From the NCBI GenBank assembly GCA_019358915.1, contig JAHHIM010000036.1, positions 96,001 through 160,000 of the forward strand: a stretch of DNA of 64,000 bases, in the 5' to 3' direction. The number at the start of each line of letters is the position of its first letter. Positions within the stretch are counted from its first letter, which is position 1. Shown in pieces: positions 60,944-64,000 of this stretch. The position numbers were made by a program, and so were the translations under genes. Source of the DNA: Trichormus sp. ATA11-4-KO1. Lineage in GTDB: Bacteria; Cyanobacteriota; Cyanobacteriia; Cyanobacteriales; Nostocaceae. The notes under the pieces are model-generated. The model searched no databases, had not been told where the DNA came from, and saw only the letters and a program-made list of their open reading frames with translations.

Positions 60944-61815
60944 CAATTGCGCCACCCACCCTGGGATGCAACTTCACCCTGAGAATTCAACCCGTGATTT
61001 TGCAATAAAGATTGATATTCTGTACTGCTGGACCAACGGTCAATTTCTTTAGCTCGTAGTACTGGTACCGGATGGGTTAATTGAGCTGTGCGGGCTTCTT
61101 TGACCATTTCACCCAGTTCAGTTTTACTAATATCATCGTAAGCACGAGCTTGGGCAACGAAAGCATCTAAATTAAGTTGTGGTGCTAGGGTTGGTGAACC
61201 ACCTGCTAGTTTCATCAACACCGACATGACAACTTTAGGGTCTTGGGTAGCTAACAAGGCGGCGCGATCGCAGGTAAACTCAGCACAGCGTACCCATTCT
61301 AATAGTTGTGCCTGTATCGCTTGGGCAATAAAAGCTCCGACATTAGGCACAATCGCAGCTGCTAGCACTAATAAGTTTACAGGCGTCAGATAAACACTGT
61401 GGTCACACTTAAGATGCCCCAACTCATGGGCAATTACTGCCTGTATTTCGGCTGGTGTGAGGATATCAACTAGAGAAGTGTGCAGCACAATAAACGGCTG
61501 TTTACCCCGCATAGCAAAGGTGTAGGCATTAGGAGCCGGATGTTGGCGGATATACAACTGGGGAGGTTCTATATCTAAGATTTTGCAAGCTTCTAATAAT
61601 AGTTTGTATAAATCAGGCAATTGTTTTTCACCCACCAGAACACTGGCGGCAATATTTTCCACATAAAAAACCTGTTCTGCCATTGGTCCGAGCCAATTTC
61701 GCACCATCATATCCAGACCTGGTATTTGCTTGAGAGATTTAGTTGCTTCCAGGTCTAATGGGTGACGAAATGAATCAGCTTTTAAACCGATTAATGGAGT
61801 TTTAAAGAAGGACAT
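60940..61815 (-). CDS. M48 family Zn metallopeptidase
   Basis: PNAYT, AHELGH, AEFTCDR, THP. Confidence 0.92.
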   Translation of the reverse strand: MSFFKTPLIGLKADSFRHPLDLEATKSLKQIPGLDMMVRNWLGPMAEQVFYVENIAASVLVGEKQLPDLYKLLLEACKILDIEPPQLYIRQHPAPNAYTFAMRGKQPFIVLHTSLVDILTPAEIQAVIAHELGHLKCDHSVYLTPVNLLVLAAAIVPNVGAFIAQAIQAQLLEWVRCAEFTCDRAALLATQDPKVVMSVLMKLAGGSPTLAPQLNLDAFVAQARAYDDISKTELGEMVKEARTAQLTHPVPVLRAKEIDRWSSSTEYQSLLQNHGLNSQGEVASQGGWRNW

Positions 61816-61874
61816 GATGTAGCCAGCTGGAAAAACGAAATATCAACAGCCTCCCACAGTTAGTATAACGAGTA

Positions 61875-62047
61875 TGAGTGCTGAGTGCGCTTGCCCTGAG
61901 CGAAGTCGAAGGGGAGTGCTGAGTGCTGAGTAAAAAATACCAGTCCCCAGTCCCCAGCGATGCACTAAGCTTATCGTACAGCCTACGGCATAGCTGCGCT
62001 TAGCGCGGAGCGTCTCGCACAGAAGGTCCCCAGTCCCCAGTCCCCCA
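61875..62047. repeat. STRR arrays (TGAGTGC)n and (CCCCAGT)n interrupted by small dispersed repeats
   Basis: Heptamer arrays resume after GC-rich inserts. Confidence 0.8.
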
Positions 62048-62064
62048 TCTCTGGCGAAGTAATG

Positions 62065-63414
62065 CTACTTAGAAGCTAATTCTGCATCTGTTGACACTTC
62101 GCCTACGCGCCGGATTTTAGCTCCTAATTGCTGTAACTTGAGATCAATTTGGTCATAGCCACGATCAAGGTGGTGTAATCCCTGAACTGTAGTTTGTCCT
62201 TCGGCTGCCAATCCTGCTAAAACTAATGCTGCTGATGCCCGTAAGTCTGTACCTATTACTGGTGCGCCCGATAACATTGGTACTCCCCTAACAAAAGCGG
62301 CATTGCCTTTAACACGAATGTCTGCTCCCAAGCGATTCAACTCGGAGGCATGACGCAAGCGATTTTCAAAGACAGATTCATTAATCAGGCTGTCACCTTC
62401 AGCCAATGCCAGCAAGGCCATAAATGGGGCTTGCATATCTGTAGGAAAGCCAGGATGAGGTAAGGTTTCGATGTCCCTGGCTCTGAGAGTTTCTGCTGGC
62501 AGGATGCGTAAGCAATCTGGCGCATCCTCAATAATCGTCACTCCAATTTCCCGCAGTTTGGCAATTATTGGGATTAAATGGTCTGGTAACACTGGCGACA
62601 GACTAATTTCTGAACGGGTAATAGCTCCAGCAACCAAGAACGTTCCTGCCTCAATGCGATCAGGGATAATGCTGTAGTCGATAGAATGCAGCTGGGCAAC
62701 ACCAGCGATTGTAATCTTACTACTGCCTGCACCCTGAATTTTAGCTCCCATGGCATTACAAAAATTTGCCAGATCGACTACTTCTGGCTCCCGCGCGGCG
62801 TTTTCAATGATTGTTTCGCCATCTGCGAGAGTGGCGGCCATCATCAAAGTTTCCGTTGCTCCTACACTGGGGCTGTCTAGGTAAATTGTGGCTCCTTTTA
62901 ATCTGCCATTACTACCAGGAACATAAGCATTACAGATACCATGCTCAATCTGCACTTCGGCTCCCATTGCTTGCAGTCCTCGGACATGCAAATCAACAGG
63001 CCTAGCACCAATTGCACAACCACCTGGTAATGGCATTTGTGCCACTCCTAGCCGTGCCAAAATTGCCCCAATGGCAAAAAAACTTGCCCGTAGTTGGGTA
63101 ACTAGTTCGTAAGGAGCTTTTGATGTGGTAATTTCGCTGGCATTGATATCTAAAATGTCGCCTTGTCGTGTTAGGCGCACACCCAAAGCTGATAAAACCT
63201 GACCCATCCGCTCGACATCCGCTAATAAAGGCACATTACGGATACGACAATCACCTGAACACAGCAAAGAGCCAGCCATGATCACCAATGCTGAATTTTT
63301 GGCCCCGCTAATTTTCACATGCCCTCGCAAAGGATGCCCACCCCATATTTGCAAGACTGAGGAGTCTGCTTCAGGAGAAAGCTTGGCATCTGGTAAGCTG
63401 CTAGAAGGATTAAT
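62065..63414 (-). CDS. murA: UDP-N-acetylglucosamine 1-carboxyvinyltransferase (probable ATT start at 63414; TTG 63354 is the alternative)
   Basis: [40 protein letters not shown]. Confidence 0.96.
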   Translation of the reverse strand: MNPSSSLPDAKLSPEADSSVLQIWGGHPLRGHVKISGAKNSALVIMAGSLLCSGDCRIRNVPLLADVERMGQVLSALGVRLTRQGDILDINASEITTSKAPYELVTQLRASFFAIGAILARLGVAQMPLPGGCAIGARPVDLHVRGLQAMGAEVQIEHGICNAYVPGSNGRLKGATIYLDSPSVGATETLMMAATLADGETIIENAAREPEVVDLANFCNAMGAKIQGAGSSKITIAGVAQLHSIDYSIIPDRIEAGTFLVAGAITRSEISLSPVLPDHLIPIIAKLREIGVTIIEDAPDCLRILPAETLRARDIETLPHPGFPTDMQAPFMALLALAEGDSLINESVFENRLRHASELNRLGADIRVKGNAAFVRGVPMLSGAPVIGTDLRASAALVLAGLAAEGQTTVQGLHHLDRGYDQIDLKLQQLGAKIRRVGEVSTDAELASK

Positions 63415-63765
63415 AAGCCTACCTCCAAAAAAATACGTAATTTTATAGGTTAGAAGTTGGTTTTGATTCTACAGTAAAGAATTGGTTTGTCTACATTTTG
63501 TCTTTATATCTTGCAGGAATAAATTTTGTCCTAGATGTGAAATAATCGCTGTAAACAAGTAGCAGCAAGCTTTATCAGCATTTGGCAATTCCAGTCTGAA
63601 CAAATGCTCAACTATACCCTTTGAGCAAAACTCAATACACAGTGAAGTTACGATAGGGTTACTTAGATACTGGGCATGGGGATTAATTCCTTCTCTTCTT
63701 TAGTATCTTGACAAACATAAATAAATAGGCAATAATAAGAAATTGTCGATAAATATAGATATTAA

Positions 63766-63847
63766 GCGGAACTGGCGGAATTGGCAGACGCGCTAGATTC
63801 AGGTTCTAGTGCCGCAAGGCTTCCGGGTTCAAGTCCCGGGTTCCGCA
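63766..63847 (+). tRNA. trnL: tRNA-Leu(CAG)
   Basis: GCGGAACTGGCGGAATTGGCAGACGC..TTCAGGT..GGTTCAAGTCC..TTCCGCA. Confidence 0.96.
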
Positions 63848-63927
63848 TGATTGTGTTGAGTGCTAAGTTTTTGAGTCCTGAAGAAGGTAAAAACTCAGCA
63901 CTTTGTATTTAGCACTCCGAAGTTTTA

Positions 63928-64000
63928 ATGTTAACTAGTTTACAAAACTCCTTAGTTAAACAAATCCGTAAGCTACACTCAACCAAGGAGAGGCATAAGC
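63928..64000 (+). CDS. TrmH/SpoU-family RNA methyltransferase, 5' end only (runs off the window)
   Basis: MLTSLQNSLVKQIRKLHSTKERHK matches the typical TrmH-family N-terminus. Confidence 0.7.
   Translation, partial: MLTSLQNSLVKQIRKLHSTKERHK

Overview
64 kb of a heterocyst-forming cyanobacterial (Nostocales-like) chromosome, judged by frequent HIP1 sites (GCGATCGC), STRR heptamer arrays and small dispersed repeats. The left part (1-28 kb) holds housekeeping and envelope genes: MgtC-family protein, PEP-synthase-like protein, baeRF protein, SLH porin, a hepB-like GT4 pair, long RluA, rnz, SpoIID and two Wzc-like proteins. Between tRNA-Gln and tRNA-Leu(CAA) (about 29-59 kb) lies a complete lasso-peptide gene set (B1, B2, C, precursor, HPr-kinase-like kinase, ABC exporter, nucleotidyltransferase) followed by a secreted GH30-like hydrolase. 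This set converges on an AT-rich, HIP1-poor polysaccharide cluster: 6 GT4, 2 GT2, WecB/TagA, Wzx, a Wzy/WaaL-like protein, 3 pyruvyltransferase-family proteins and a MurB paralog. The right end has a small basic ORF, an internally deleted alpha-hydroxy-acid oxidase, an M48 peptidase, murA, tRNA-Leu(CAG) and the start of a TrmH-family gene. Top leads: (1) a lasso precursor with a predicted Phe1-Asp9 ring and an unusually long 53-aa Ser-rich core beside a glycan cluster; (2) a pyruvyltransferase + MurB pair that could make a lactyl-ether sugar such as nosturonic acid; (3) a 67-aa basic ORF with a KGRGGS motif and an intrinsic terminator inside its coding sequence, the architecture of ArfA/BrfA-type ribosome rescue factors. 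All calls were made by eye from motifs; no searches were run.
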